A stretch of 64,000 nucleotides of DNA from Ferruginibacter sp. (GCA_025963635.1 JAOQAK010000060.1:23575-87574); one strand, 5' to 3'; positions 38,677 to 48,472 are shown, numbered from the stretch's first letter. The notes: generated by a model not told the origin, from the letters alone. Made by a program: numbers and translations.

Positions 38677-39792
38677 CTATAATTTGAAGAATATTTTTTT
38701 CCGGTAAAGAAAGTAACAAAGCAGCCATTCCGGTAAAAAAATACATAGACAGGAAAAAATAAATTTTAGCGGATCACCAATATTAATCCATCCTAATACC
38801 CCGTTCGAAATAGAGGAGATATAGCCGTTGAACCATCGTGCGCCTACAATTTCAAAAAATACATACAGAAAGATGGAGTTCATCCCTACAATGGTAAAAA
38901 ACGCAAGGTTTTTGCGATGGCCCAGGGTATCAATCCACCAATAACTTACCGCTAAAAACCAAAGGCAATATCCTAACGACGCAATGGTGAAAGAACTTGT
39001 GGCAATTCTTTTTATGATGGGAGTAATGCCGGTCCAATCCAATGCGACACCAACTACAAGGCAAACTAACCCCCATGCCAATAACATTTTGATTTTATCT
39101 TTCCGCCCACTCAACAAAAGCTTTCCTGCCAGTGCACCGGCGATGGTATGAACCGCAGTAGGGATACAATTAATGGCTACCCATCCGCCTTTATTGATCT
39201 TGTGCATCAGCACCATATCCATATAATTGCCAAAATTGTGCTGATCAGTAAACGGCTGATCAAATCCGGGTATATGGGTGAAGCGGTATAAAACTTCAGT
39301 CAACAACAATAAACCAATACATACCCCGATTTGTGCAATGGTGTTCCAACGGAAAATAAGAAAGGCGACCATTGTGGTAAATGAAAGCTGCGTCAACACA
39401 TCCCACAATTCAAACGATAATCCCGTTGGCCTTACCGCGTAATCCAGCACGCCCCAAAAAAATAACCAGCAACAACGCTTTAAAATCTTTTTAAAAGAGT
39501 TTGTCCAGCTAACACCCTGCGACCATTGCTTGTTTAATGAAAAAGCCATTGCCGTGCCCGCCATAAACATAAATGCAGGCTGTACCAAGTCCCAAAAACG
39601 TAAGCCATTCCAGGGATGATGAACAAATTGGCGACAAAAAACATTCACCGGCTCACCTTCCGAATGATCATACAAATAATCATACAGCCCGGTGGACGAA
39701 AGGGCGAGCAGCACCATGATCAATCCACGCAAAAAGTCAAGGGAAAGTAATCTTTGTGCAGGTGAAACGGGGGTTGGTTGAGTTTCGGCCAT
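38677..39792 (-). CDS. HGSNAT-like (DUF5009) membrane acyltransferase
   Basis: RLLSLDFLRG, HHPWNGLRFWDLVQPAFMFMAG, PIIKRIATSSF, VGMNSIFLYV. Confidence 0.9.
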   Translation of the reverse strand: MAETQPTPVSPAQRLLSLDFLRGLIMVLLALSSTGLYDYLYDHSEGEPVNVFCRQFVHHPWNGLRFWDLVQPAFMFMAGTAMAFSLNKQWSQGVSWTNSFKKILKRCCWLFFWGVLDYAVRPTGLSFELWDVLTQLSFTTMVAFLIFRWNTIAQIGVCIGLLLLTEVLYRFTHIPGFDQPFTDQHNFGNYMDMVLMHKINKGGWVAINCIPTAVHTIAGALAGKLLLSGRKDKIKMLLAWGLVCLVVGVALDWTGITPIIKRIATSSFTIASLGYCLWFLAVSYWWIDTLGHRKNLAFFTIVGMNSIFLYVFFEIVGARWFNGYISSISNGVLGWINIGDPLKFIFSCLCIFLPEWLLCYFLYRKKIFFKL

Positions 39793-39801
39793 AGGAAAAC
39801 G

Positions 39802-40653
39802 CTACTTCTTTTTTAGATCCGCATAGCTGATGAGTTGGATATTTTTCTTTTTGATGGCTTCCACTACCAGCGGATTGATCCACACATCTGTTACACCCTG
39901 GCGGTCTTCCGCAACATTTTCATAACCGATATGATAAACAGCCCGCATCTCCGGACCATCCAGCGCCGGATGATCTACAAATAAATAAGTTTGTCCGGGT
40001 TCAAGGCTATCCAGCATGTTTAAAAAACTTTTCAGTTTTTGTTCCATGGTTCCATTGGGGCCTTTGTAACCGGTGTATTTTACTCCTGCTTCTTTGAGAT
40101 CGATATCAATATTATATTCCACCATTAATTTTTTTACCAGCGCACTTACTTCTTTATTAAGATCGGTGCACCCCATGTGAGAAGAAATATGACTGAGCCG
40201 TGGAATCTTTCTTTTGGCTAACTCTATTTGTGCCCTGAATTCCTTTTCGATGTCTGCCAGTTTCCATTGATTTTCGCTAATGGATTTACCGGGATAATTT
40301 TTATTGGGATACACCATGGGAAAAAAATAACCGTTGCGGTCTTTCAGGCTCGGACAATCTGTTAAGGGCCGCCATTTAATATTTTCCCATTCACTCGTAA
40401 GCGCCAGGTGTACGCCTACGTCGATGCCGGGGTTTTGCGCTAATAGTTTTACTGCTTCGGGAAACCAGGGCGAAGCAACGATCACTTCGATGGAAGTTTC
40501 TATACCGCTTTTGTACACTTTTATCAATGCTTCGTTGCCCGCATGTGAAAAGCCCATATCATCTCCCCGAACAATCAGGCGTGCTTTTTTTTCCTGTGCA
40601 GTTGAGACATTACAGATCGATAATAAGAGAAGGAAGTACACTATTTTTTTCAT
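39802..40653 (-). CDS. ChbG/YdjC family carbohydrate deacetylase, secreted
   Basis: LIVRGDDMG, VGVHLALTSEW, SHISSHMG, FVDHP. Confidence 0.9.
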   Translation of the reverse strand: MKKIVYFLLLLSICNVSTAQEKKARLIVRGDDMGFSHAGNEALIKVYKSGIETSIEVIVASPWFPEAVKLLAQNPGIDVGVHLALTSEWENIKWRPLTDCPSLKDRNGYFFPMVYPNKNYPGKSISENQWKLADIEKEFRAQIELAKRKIPRLSHISSHMGCTDLNKEVSALVKKLMVEYNIDIDLKEAGVKYTGYKGPNGTMEQKLKSFLNMLDSLEPGQTYLFVDHPALDGPEMRAVYHIGYENVAEDRQGVTDVWINPLVVEAIKKKNIQLISYADLKKK

Positions 40654-40721
40654 GGCTGCGATTTTCGTTTTAGCTTTTAAAGATAATTGTATAATGTTAA
40701 TTCAGCGCAACCTAATATAAC

Positions 40722-40756
40722 CAGACCTCACAGGTTTTAGAAACCTGTGAGGTCTG
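40722..40756. repeat. REP-like perfect 16-bp inverted repeat
   Basis: cagacctcacaggttt-tag-aaacctgtgaggtctg. Confidence 0.9.
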
Positions 40757-40841
40757 CCGCCCATGAGGTGTTTCGAATTTATAACATCAAAATCTTACGG
40801 AGAGCAAATCAAATATAATTGTGAATTTTCAGGGTCAAGCT

Positions 40842-40874
40842 CCCCTCTCCTTTGGAGAGGGGTTGGGGGTGAGG
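40842..40874. repeat. REP-like CCCCTCTCC-N3-GGAGAGGGG element with a GGTTGGGGGTGAGG tail
   Basis: cccctctcc-ttt-ggagagggg-ttgggggtgagg, directly after the GH78 stop. A relative (cccccc-ttt-ggggg-cagggggg) follows the LytTR stop at 47414-47436. Confidence 0.8.
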
Positions 40875-43619
40875 TCACAACTCACTTTTAAATAAATACT
40901 CCCCCGACCCCACCTCCACAACAGCATATCCTTTTGCATACAGCGATACCGGTAAATTATTCCCGCTTTCAGTAATCTGCCTGTTTTGTTTGGAAGGGAT
41001 ATAAATGGTTGCCCTGGTATTTGGCGGAATAGAAACATCCAATTGAAAATGTCCATCCATTATTTTCCAATCACTTTTGATATTCCCTCTTACTGACTGG
41101 TAATTTCCTTTGGCCCAGCTAAGATCGCCCGTTGGCTGGGGTTTTATAATGATCTTTTCGAAACCGGGCGCTGCGGGATTAATGCCCAGGAGTGAACGGT
41201 AAAACCATTCGTCAACAGAACCAAACATCGGGTGATTTTGTGAAGGGCCGCTTTCAGGATACGCCCATGTTTCCCATAAAGTGGTAGCGCCATTTGCCAA
41301 CATATTGCCCCAGCCGGGATAATCGCGTTGATTGGCGATGCGGTAGGCAACTGCGTTCAGATCGTTTTCCCTCAATACATCAAACATCATCTTCGTAGAA
41401 AAAATACCTGTTGATAAATGCCAGTTGTGCCTTGCAAATTCATTTATCAATATTTGAATCGCCGAATCTTTTTGCACTGCCATATCATACCATAAAGCCA
41501 GCACTTGTGCACTTTGCGTGGCATTATCAAAGCGGCCGGTATTTTTAACGTAGTACCTGTTTTGTATAGCCGATTTAATCTTCATCGCCAGCTTTGCATA
41601 ACCAGCTGAGTCTTGTTTTTTACCTAAAATTCTGGCAAACTCTTCCGCCAGTTTTGCATGGTGGTAATAAAAAAGCGCCGCACTAAATGCTTCGGGTTTG
41701 GTATCCAGCGCTTCATGATCACTGATGTCCCAAAAAAATAAATTATCCACTGCCTTTGATTGCAGGAAATCCATTTGCTTTTTAAAAGCGTTGTAATGAG
41801 TGGCAATGATTCTCTTGTCACCATAAAAATCATACAATTGCTTTTGCAAAAATGAAAATCCCAACTCCCAGCCCAGTGGACCGGATTCGCCGCCATAACC
41901 ACGATCTGCAATACCAGTATGAGGCGCTATTTCCGTGATGCCGCCATCCGGCTGCTGCTCGTTGGCAAAGTCGTTTACAGCTTTATTGTAAAAGCCGCTC
42001 ATATCATAATTGTAAATAAACGCATTGGAACTCACGACCATATCCGCACCATAGCCCATTTTTTCACGCCCCGGGCAATCCGACTGAACGCTGAACACAT
42101 TGCTTAGGAAAGTCCATTGGATCACCTCGTGCAGTTTGGTAAACATTTCATTGGAGCAGGAAAATTCGCCATTCAGCGGCAGGTCGCTGTTCATGCGCAA
42201 TCCTTCAATATCTTCTGTAGTAGGCCTTCCCGGCCAACCCGTAATTTCTACATACCGGAAACCGTGAAAAGTAAATTGAGGATTCCATGTTTCAATGTCA
42301 CCTCCTTTTAAAATATATCCATCTTCCTGCCAGGCTGTTTCGGGCGCACCCGGACCGCCCTTAATACCACCTTTTTTAATTTGTGTGGCAACGGTGGTCA
42401 TGTAATTTAACGAGCCGTTTTTCCAAAGGTCTTCTCCATACCGGAGGTTGATCTTTGTGCCTGCCGCTCCTTTTACTTTAATGCGGGTAACCCCTGCAAA
42501 ATTTTGCCCCATGTCAACAATGAAGGTATCTTTTGCCGGCTCGGTAATTTTAACCGGGTGGAGGATCTTTGTAATCTTGATAGCAGGCAACATTTGAGCG
42601 GTCATAATTCCCGACGGGCCGGTAACTGTTACCGCATGCTTCCAGGTGCTTTCATCAGCACCCAATGTATTCCAGTTTTTTTGTTCGAGTCTTGCATCAT
42701 ATTTTTCACCCAGATAAACATTATTATGCATTATAGGACCAGCAGTTGTTAACCAGCTTTCGTTGGTTAGGATGTTTTCAGAAGAGCCATCCGTATAGTC
42801 GATATGTATCTCCGCTTTTACACAAGGCCTGCCGGTTTCCTGTATTTTTCTAAGATCGTACCTGCCGAAGATGCGCAGAGGCAAAGGGTTCCACCATCCA
42901 CTCCCTAACATCAGCCCGGCAATATTGTCGCCTTTTTTTATCAGGGAGGAAATATCATACACACTGTACAACACCTGCTTCCTGTAAGTGGTAAAACCGG
43001 GATCCAAAACATGGTCGCCGATTTTTTTGCCGTTTAGAAATGCCTCGTAATAACCAAGTCCACTAATATATAATCTTGCGGCAGTCACTTTCTTATTTGC
43101 TGAAAACGTTTTCCTTAGTAAGGGCATCCTGTCTTCCTTATAATAGTCTTCGTCCTTATCGGGGTTCCGGCTGCCATCACTGATCCATTTTGCTTTCCAG
43201 TCATTTTGATCCAGCATGGCTATTACAAACCAGTTGATCTCACTCCATGAGGATGCGTTATTGTCCTGGTCAAAAACTTTTATCCTCCAGTAATATTTGG
43301 TAAAAGGTTTTAGCGGGCTGCCGGCATACTCAACCTGTATATTTTGAGAAGAAACGGTTTTACCAATCGACCATACATTTCCTCTGCCGTTCTGCACCTG
43401 CTTCAAATTATCCCCGACAATGATTTCATAACCCGATTGAAACTGGTTTCTCTGGTTACTGGTAAATGCCCAGCCAAACCGGGGAATCTTTAAATCAATA
43501 CCAAGGGGATTAGTAAGATATTCGCAGGTGAGCTTCGCCGGCTGCAAAGCAGCATCGCAACTTAATACAAGAAATAAAATGAGGCCAGATAAGGCGAATA
43601 CTTTTTTCAATGAAAGCAA
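40875..43619 (-). CDS. Alpha-L-rhamnosidase, glycoside hydrolase family 78
   Basis: LTCEYLTNPLGID, YISGLGYYEAFLNG, DMGQNFAG, FTFHGFRYVEI, SDCPGREKMGYGAD, GATTLWETW, SQNHPMFG. Confidence 0.95.
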   Translation of the reverse strand: MLSLKKVFALSGLILFLVLSCDAALQPAKLTCEYLTNPLGIDLKIPRFGWAFTSNQRNQFQSGYEIIVGDNLKQVQNGRGNVWSIGKTVSSQNIQVEYAGSPLKPFTKYYWRIKVFDQDNNASSWSEINWFVIAMLDQNDWKAKWISDGSRNPDKDEDYYKEDRMPLLRKTFSANKKVTAARLYISGLGYYEAFLNGKKIGDHVLDPGFTTYRKQVLYSVYDISSLIKKGDNIAGLMLGSGWWNPLPLRIFGRYDLRKIQETGRPCVKAEIHIDYTDGSSENILTNESWLTTAGPIMHNNVYLGEKYDARLEQKNWNTLGADESTWKHAVTVTGPSGIMTAQMLPAIKITKILHPVKITEPAKDTFIVDMGQNFAGVTRIKVKGAAGTKINLRYGEDLWKNGSLNYMTTVATQIKKGGIKGGPGAPETAWQEDGYILKGGDIETWNPQFTFHGFRYVEITGWPGRPTTEDIEGLRMNSDLPLNGEFSCSNEMFTKLHEVIQWTFLSNVFSVQSDCPGREKMGYGADMVVSSNAFIYNYDMSGFYNKAVNDFANEQQPDGGITEIAPHTGIADRGYGGESGPLGWELGFSFLQKQLYDFYGDKRIIATHYNAFKKQMDFLQSKAVDNLFFWDISDHEALDTKPEAFSAALFYYHHAKLAEEFARILGKKQDSAGYAKLAMKIKSAIQNRYYVKNTGRFDNATQSAQVLALWYDMAVQKDSAIQILINEFARHNWHLSTGIFSTKMMFDVLRENDLNAVAYRIANQRDYPGWGNMLANGATTLWETWAYPESGPSQNHPMFGSVDEWFYRSLLGINPAAPGFEKIIIKPQPTGDLSWAKGNYQSVRGNIKSDWKIMDGHFQLDVSIPPNTRATIYIPSKQNRQITESGNNLPVSLYAKGYAVVEVGSGEYLFKSEL

Positions 43620-43637
43620 TTTTTTGATTGTTGAATT

Positions 43638-43756
43638 CGAGATATTGAAATGGAGATATTGCGATATTGAAGGAACGATATTAGAATATTGAAAACAGGG
43701 TTGAGATACTAGGTTTCAATGTCCCAATGCAAACATACCAGTATCTCAACATCTCG
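43638..43756. repeat. 8-bp tandem repeats (GATATTGA) with an inverted counterpart
   Basis: gagatattgaaatggagatattgcgatattga...; gttgagatact (43700-43710) pairs with agtatctcaac (43740-43750). Confidence 0.75.
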
Positions 43757-43763
43757 GTAACTA

Positions 43764-44099
43764 TTATGCATGGCAATCGCAATCACCACCGCATTGTGTA
43801 GGAGAAACTGCCAACGCGTATCCTAACAATACTTCCTCGTTGGTTGCTGCACGCACTTCATCGATTATTACTTCAAAAATAAAATCTTCACCCGTTAACC
43901 CGGAAGATGTATTTAAGGAAACCAATTTGCGGTCACCCGTTTTCAATCCTTCTAATTGCTCCTGTAGTTGGGGCAAAATTCCACCCGAACCATGCAAGTA
44001 ATATACGGCTACACTATCCACCGTGTTTTCGAGTATTTCATCCTTCGCATTCTTCATGATGTAACGGATAGATACAACGCTGTTGTTTGAAATGATCAT
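43764..44099 (-). CDS. Minimal SlyD-like FKBP-type protein
   Basis: VVSIRYIMKNAKDEILE..YLHGSGGILPQLQEQLEGLKTGD..FEVIIDEVRAATNEEV. It lacks the insert-in-flap domain and has a Cys/His tail CGGDCDCHA. Confidence 0.75.
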   Translation of the reverse strand: MIISNNSVVSIRYIMKNAKDEILENTVDSVAVYYLHGSGGILPQLQEQLEGLKTGDRKLVSLNTSSGLTGEDFIFEVIIDEVRAATNEEVLLGYALAVSPTQCGGDCDCHA

Positions 44100-46723
44100 A
44101 TCGTTACCTGTTTACCGCTGACAAATGTTTTATTTACTTCAATGGACCCGTAAACGATTACCAGGCTATGTCTCCCCCCTTTCAGACTCACGTTCCCAAA
44201 ACCGGTTGCTGTAGAAAGAAAGCTGGTAAAGTCGCCCATTTTTGAATCGATGTACAATGTTTTGTCCACCGCATCATAACGAACTCCTGTAAGCGCCTGC
44301 AGGTATCCATAACTCGACAAAGCCCTCGCATACCAGTGGCCGCACTCATATTCATTAAATGGATTCCGTATCCGCCCGTCGTAACGGTTGCGTGAAACCC
44401 GCAAAATATCAAGACCTTCTTTTACATGGCCCGCAAGCATTAAATGCGAGGCTACCTGGTGTTCTATACCCGTCCACACTTCATCGCTGTACACAAATGG
44501 TAAAGAAAGTTTGCCGCCTTTTGGCCAGGAGCACAATAATAAACCGCCTTCATCACCGAGTGCAAAGGAGGGCCGTTGCGGGTTGGCGTGCTCGCTTAAG
44601 TTTTCTTTGAGATTGTATTTATACACGGCGAGCAAATGACTTGCAATTTTTGCAGGATCGATTATATCCGGCAAACCACACATGCGGGCAATCCATGCGC
44701 CCAATACACCATCTGATAGACAACCTTTTCCGTACTGGTATTTCGGACCTTCTTTTTCAAGCAAATCTTTTGCTTCTTTGGAATATTCGCCCCCGAAGGA
44801 TTGTACCGTAGCCGGATTTTGAGCGGTTAAACCATCCACTTTTATCTTTTGAATAAAATATTCACCATCGTACAATTCTGTCTCGATCACTTTTTTTGCG
44901 GCCGCAAGTAGTTGCTGGTATTTTGAAATATCTGCACCCACAAATTTGCCCATGGCGCTGATAGCATCCAATGCGCCAATATAAAAACTACTGTGCATCC
45001 CATCGGGACCCCAGAATTCTATGTCATAGGTATTATGATGCGGCTCTTCAATTACCCCTTTGTGCCTCGGGTCCCATGTAGCGATGCAATAATCCATACT
45101 CGTTTTTACCATCGGAAACATCTTTCTCAACCATTCGTTGTCACCGCTGATGCGCCATTCTCGATAAACTTTCATGATACCGCCTAACTGGCCATCGGCT
45201 GCGGAATGAAAGTCGTGGCTCGCTGGTTGTATCGGTAAATTTGCCCTGAAATTCTGGTGCCCCGCGATATCCTGGTTTTCACAAAACTCTGTATGGCGCA
45301 GGCTTCTTTCCAGCGCCGGAAACAAATGGGGAATGGCCTGTGCATAGTTCCATACGTGCGTACAGGAACCATGACAGCAGCCCCAGTTATCGCCACAACC
45401 TTCAAAATTCCAGAGCCGCCCATCATATTGCCGCATCACTGTGGGTGATTTCAAAATGGTGAGGTTTGCCGCTACTGCTTCAATCACTTCAGGCGGTAAG
45501 CTACTGGCATAAAAAGCATTTGTAAACAGCAACGAATTTTTCCTGAGGAGATTATATTGCTCTTTCCAATAACCCGTAACTTCCTCCACACTTTTAAAAC
45601 GGCTGCTGTACCAGGGTTTATAAAATTTGCCATCAAAATTCTTGTCATATTTATCAAGCGCCAGGTCAGAAGGTGAACTGCAGCACCCGGATGCCGGATC
45701 GCATTGTTCTTTTCTGACGCCCATTTTACCATAGGTTTGCTCAGAATCCGGTGAGTACCACGACATCATCACCTTTACTATTTTTTCTTTGCCGGGCGCA
45801 ATTGTAAGCTGAACAAACAATGAGGCACCTGGCGCATCCTTTTCTACGGGCGCACTTGATTTCATTTCACCATTTTTCACTTTATTCCACGCCATCGTGA
45901 CCGGATCCCACCATCCGCCCCGGAACCAGCAATGATCCACTACGGTAGCAGCATCATCGGTACAAATTGCGAAGTCGGTTGCATAAGGTTTTTCATTTGT
46001 TCCGGCTTCTGATAAAATAAAACCGTTTTGAATGGAACGAATTGAATTCCTGCCCTTTTCAACCTTTAAAAAATTTTTTGAATTGAAGGAAAATACCGCT
46101 TCAAGCGTTGATTTACCTGTGTTGGTAAACTTATATTCCATTGCGCCCGTTGGCAAACCAGAATTGTTTTCATCAGTTGGTATAAAGGGGCTCCAGCCGG
46201 TTACCTGCACTTTCATTGGCAGGTCGGCATCGCTGAGATCAAGATATGCGAAAGGAAATTTTACTTTAAAAGATGCATTGCGAAAATGCGGCAAGCCGGT
46301 AGTAGCGCCGCCTGAACCATTTCCTGCATCATGCTGACCAAATTTTTTCCAACCCGGAACAGGCCCTTCCAGCAATTTAGCGCCATTTATTTTTCCTTTT
46401 ACGGAGATGGCTGCAAACATGCCCGGCTCGTTAAAAATTTCAGGTTTATTGCGAACAGATATATGCGAGATAGCGCCGGTACCTTCCATGCAAAACATAC
46501 CTGCACCAAGCCCGCCAATGGGGAAGGCCACCCTGTTGAGGTGGTCGCCTGTATAGGCTGTGTTATAAGGCCGCTTGCTTTTTACAGCTGAAGGTTGCTC
46601 CGGGTTTGAAGGATTTTCCACAGTTCCTGTTGCATTTGCAATATCTACAGGAAGTATGGCAGCACTAATGGTTCCGATACCAATGTTCCTGATAAAGGAT
46701 CGCCGGCCGGCAGTTTTTTTCAT
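44096..46723 (-). CDS. Glycoside hydrolase family 116 with a TAT-like signal
   Basis: RRSFIRN, FPIGGLGAG, CCHGSCTHVWNY, AADGQLG, HHNTYDIEFWG, YSDEVWTGIE, PFNEYECGHWYARA. Start taken at ATG 46723. Confidence 0.92.
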   Translation of the reverse strand: MKKTAGRRSFIRNIGIGTISAAILPVDIANATGTVENPSNPEQPSAVKSKRPYNTAYTGDHLNRVAFPIGGLGAGMFCMEGTGAISHISVRNKPEIFNEPGMFAAISVKGKINGAKLLEGPVPGWKKFGQHDAGNGSGGATTGLPHFRNASFKVKFPFAYLDLSDADLPMKVQVTGWSPFIPTDENNSGLPTGAMEYKFTNTGKSTLEAVFSFNSKNFLKVEKGRNSIRSIQNGFILSEAGTNEKPYATDFAICTDDAATVVDHCWFRGGWWDPVTMAWNKVKNGEMKSSAPVEKDAPGASLFVQLTIAPGKEKIVKVMMSWYSPDSEQTYGKMGVRKEQCDPASGCCSSPSDLALDKYDKNFDGKFYKPWYSSRFKSVEEVTGYWKEQYNLLRKNSLLFTNAFYASSLPPEVIEAVAANLTILKSPTVMRQYDGRLWNFEGCGDNWGCCHGSCTHVWNYAQAIPHLFPALERSLRHTEFCENQDIAGHQNFRANLPIQPASHDFHSAADGQLGGIMKVYREWRISGDNEWLRKMFPMVKTSMDYCIATWDPRHKGVIEEPHHNTYDIEFWGPDGMHSSFYIGALDAISAMGKFVGADISKYQQLLAAAKKVIETELYDGEYFIQKIKVDGLTAQNPATVQSFGGEYSKEAKDLLEKEGPKYQYGKGCLSDGVLGAWIARMCGLPDIIDPAKIASHLLAVYKYNLKENLSEHANPQRPSFALGDEGGLLLCSWPKGGKLSLPFVYSDEVWTGIEHQVASHLMLAGHVKEGLDILRVSRNRYDGRIRNPFNEYECGHWYARALSSYGYLQALTGVRYDAVDKTLYIDSKMGDFTSFLSTATGFGNVSLKGGRHSLVIVYGSIEVNKTFVSGKQVTI

Positions 46724-46880
46724 ATAGAAGTTGTTAAAAGCCTCCCTGCCCTTCAAAGGAGGGTTCCTGGAGAATGAGAATTTCTTTTAAAGCTAACAAT
46801 CTTTTATTGTACTGAAAATTCTGGCCAGGGATATTCATGTTCTATTCGATCGTTTGGTATCACTCGTATTAGCACCACGC

Positions 46881-46942
46881 GTTCCTATGGAACCTTGTTC
46901 CATTTCGGTTTTTTCTACCCACCAAATGTTCCAATGGAACAT
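46881..46942. repeat. Pair of short REP-like palindromes GTTCC-N3-GGAAC
   Basis: gttcctatggaac (46881-46893) and atgttccaatggaacat (46926-46942). Confidence 0.7.
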
Positions 46943-47029
46943 AAAGCAATAAACGACGTTGATTCGTCTATCGTGAAACATTCAATGTCCCCGCAAAAGA
47001 TGCAATGTCGAATTTGGATTTACTTAGCG

Positions 47030-47058
47030 GCTTTGCTCCTTTGCGTCTTTGCGTGAAC
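47030..47058. repeat. Short tandem repeat CTTTGCNN..CTTTGCGTGAA (second copy at 50339-50367)
   Basis: ctttgctcctttgcgtctttgcgtgaa versus ctttgcccctttgcacctttgcgtgaa. Confidence 0.7.
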
Positions 47059-47188
47059 CACAAAATAATTTGAAAACTGATCATACACATGTGCCTCGTT
47101 GCTGCGATGATGAATTTTTTTAAATGGATTTCTATTTCTCGTAATAAACGCAGTACTCAATCTTAGCAAAAAATATCGCCGAAAAAAA

Positions 47189-47272
47189 TTCAACCCTGTT
47201 AGGGTTGAGGCAGGAATCATTAAATCCATTGGTTTCACCAACGGCTATTCATATTAAAGCCCTTCGGGCTTG
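47189..47272. repeat. REP-like three-hairpin element, copy 2
   Basis: tcaaccct-gtt-agggttga, the core identical to 36091-36120, and aagccc-ttc-gggctt. Confidence 0.85.
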
Positions 47273-47436
47273 GATTAGTACATTCACCGATATCTTTTTG
47301 TTAAGAAAATAGAACGTGAAGAAGATGATTCATCGCTTGGCTCCGTTACATTTAAGGGGAGTTCCTGTGCCTCCGTTTTCAGAAAAGCTATTGGCAACGC
47401 TAGACTCCAAGAACCCCCCTTTGGGGGCAGGGGGGC

Positions 47437-48216
47437 TTATTTCCCCATCCATTTTTTAAAATCTGTAACTTTCTCGCGGCTTACCAATGCCTCTTTATCT
47501 ACGGCTGGTTTTAAATTGAGCAACAGGCGGTTGCCAAAATAATCATGTATCTGGTCTACACTGGCTATTGAAACATAAAAGGAACGGCTGATGCGAAAAT
47601 AAATCTCAGGATTGAGCATTTCTTCCAGTTCGTCCATTGTATAATCTACCACATATTTTTTGTTGTCGTTGGTTTTGAAAAAGTTCAACCGTCCATCGCT
47701 GTAGAAATAGGCAATATCTTCTACTTCAATGCTCACCAGCTTTTGCGCATGTTTTACGAGGAAACGCCTACGGTATTCTTTCGGTTGTAATTTTAATTGT
47801 AATTCTTTTACCAGATTGTCCACATTCAAAGCAGGAACTCCATTAGAACCCCCGTAAATATTTTTCATTTTTTTAAACTTATCCAGGGCAGCTTCCAGGT
47901 CTTCTTTCTGGATGGGCTTCAACAGGTAATCCACACTGTTTACCTTAAATGCCTTTAGGGCAAATTCATCATAAGAGGTGGTAAAGATGACGGTACTCTT
48001 CACTTCTGTTTTTTCAAAAATTTCAAAACTCTGCCCGTCGGCCAGTTCAATGTCCATCAGGATCAGATCGGGCGCCGGATTAGATTCGAGCCAATTTACA
48101 GAGGAACGGATGCTGTCTGCAACTCCTACTACTTCTGCAGTGCTGTCTACACAGCACAATGTTTTCTGCAGTTTTTTCACTGCGAGTTCTTCGTCCTCAA
48201 TAATTAAAACTTTCAT
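47437..48216 (-). CDS. LytTR family two-component response regulator
   Basis: Receiver domain (IIEDE, DLILMDIELADG, DYLLKP) plus LytTR domain (IAYFYS, YFRISRSFYV). Confidence 0.96.
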   Translation of the reverse strand: MKVLIIEDEELAVKKLQKTLCCVDSTAEVVGVADSIRSSVNWLESNPAPDLILMDIELADGQSFEIFEKTEVKSTVIFTTSYDEFALKAFKVNSVDYLLKPIQKEDLEAALDKFKKMKNIYGGSNGVPALNVDNLVKELQLKLQPKEYRRRFLVKHAQKLVSIEVEDIAYFYSDGRLNFFKTNDNKKYVVDYTMDELEEMLNPEIYFRISRSFYVSIASVDQIHDYFGNRLLLNLKPAVDKEALVSREKVTDFKKWMGK

Positions 48217-48244
48217 AAGAAATGGTTTAGGTAATCGATATGAT

Positions 48245-48336
48245 TAAATTTAATGAAACGCCATTTTAAGTGCCGGTTTAAATGCATCAACTGTTGAATA
48301 CTTTGCATGAATTGTTGTTTTTCGGGATGAATTGTT
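48245..48336 (-). promoter_or_regulatory. Promoter with three LytTR direct repeats
   Basis: -7-like TAAATTTA at 48245-48252 and boxes atcaactgt (48286), atgaattgt (48307) and atgaattgt (48327). Confidence 0.75.
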
Positions 48337-48400
48337 GTTGCGACCGTCACAGCACTGAGCTACGTTTTCACCCGGGTTTTCATCTCTCTATTCATGAAGT

Positions 48401-48472
48401 CAAAGTTAGCGCTGGTCTTTTTTTCGTTTCTCCCTATTTGTATTGAATTGGTGATAATACAGTATGAACTGT
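48401..48472 (-). promoter_or_regulatory. Second promoter with a LytTR repeat pair
   Basis: Perfect TAACTTTG on the minus strand (48401-48408) and boxes ttgaattgg (48443) and atgaactgt (48464), 21-bp period. Confidence 0.7.

Noticed and set aside
47020-47241. 73-aa minus-strand ORF
   Set aside because: It runs through REP-like and short tandem repeats, and its sequence is explained by them
47384-47399. 16-nt match (aaagctattggcaacg) to the duplicated intergenic core at 3260-3275
   Set aside because: Similarity does not extend on either side, and about one such match is expected by chance in an AT-rich 64-kb window
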